Below are positions 63,856 through 64,000 of a DNA stretch of 64,000 nt, piece after piece. Below the pieces are notes generated by a model. The model saw only the letters and a list, made by a program, of their open reading frames with translations. It searched no databases and had not been told where the DNA came from. How positions within the stretch are numbered: the stretch's first letter is position 1; each line of letters starts with the position of its first letter. The translations under genes and the position numbers were made by a program. The DNA is from a candidate division FCPU426 bacterium (lineage in GTDB: Bacteria; Oederibacteriota; Muellerivitia; Muellerivitales; Muellerivitaceae): positions 64,001-128,000 of the forward strand of contig CAVYSE010000003.1 of the NCBI GenBank assembly GCA_963771075.1. The letters run 5' to 3'.

Positions 63856-64000
63856 ATGCCAATATTCCCGTGAGAAAAAGCCAATGTTGGCCGAGGTTGA
63901 GCCGGTTCGTCAGGAGGGTAAAACGGTAAACGTCCCAAAAGAGGTAAGGGGTATTCCCAAGTTGAGTAATGGAAAATGCCGAGAACTACCGGGAAGCCGC

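Overview
A 64 kb bacterial chromosomal segment. It is probably from a diderm, since it carries a TonB receptor, a GT9 heptosyltransferase and proteins ending in FlgD-Ig/T9SS-like tails. Scattered single-base indels break smc, typA, a TonB receptor and a giant surface protein, most likely as long-read assembly errors. Left to right: (1) two paralogous expansin-tipped secreted proteins, one a ~2000 aa Thr/Pro-stalk protein, flanking a three-gene operon (secreted protein, TPR, GT-C-like membrane protein); (2) a housekeeping run ileS-lspA-lspA-lgt-rluD; (3) a glycogen cluster glgE-glgM-glgA followed by an unusual RsbRD_N-GGDEF-CBM48 diguanylate cyclase; (4) smc-GT9-ftsY-STAS-degenerate 5'-nucleotidase; (5) a mobile-DNA hotspot at 35.9-42.6 kb with a truncated tRNA-Leu, an IS110/IS1111 element inserted into a GGGGTCAGGTC repeat, vapBC, a HUH/Y1 transposase bounded by 26-bp terminal inverted repeats, and an IS4 with a 9-bp TSD; (6) typA, a hydrolase, MFS, TIGR01777 and recQ; (7) a 307-bp direct-repeat-bounded islet with an AAA-DUF4143 ATPase and a PIN TA pair; (8) hisG, rlmN, PASTA, TBDR-YfiR, yaeQ and a degenerate CheX/CheY module. 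Intergenic DNA is rich in nested palindromic repeats. The best candidates for new biology are the glycogen-binding diguanylate cyclase in the glycogen cluster, and the IS110 whose non-coding RNA region matches its own ends and appears to target the ends of TIR-bearing Y1 elements. All calls come from reading motifs by eye; no database searches were run.
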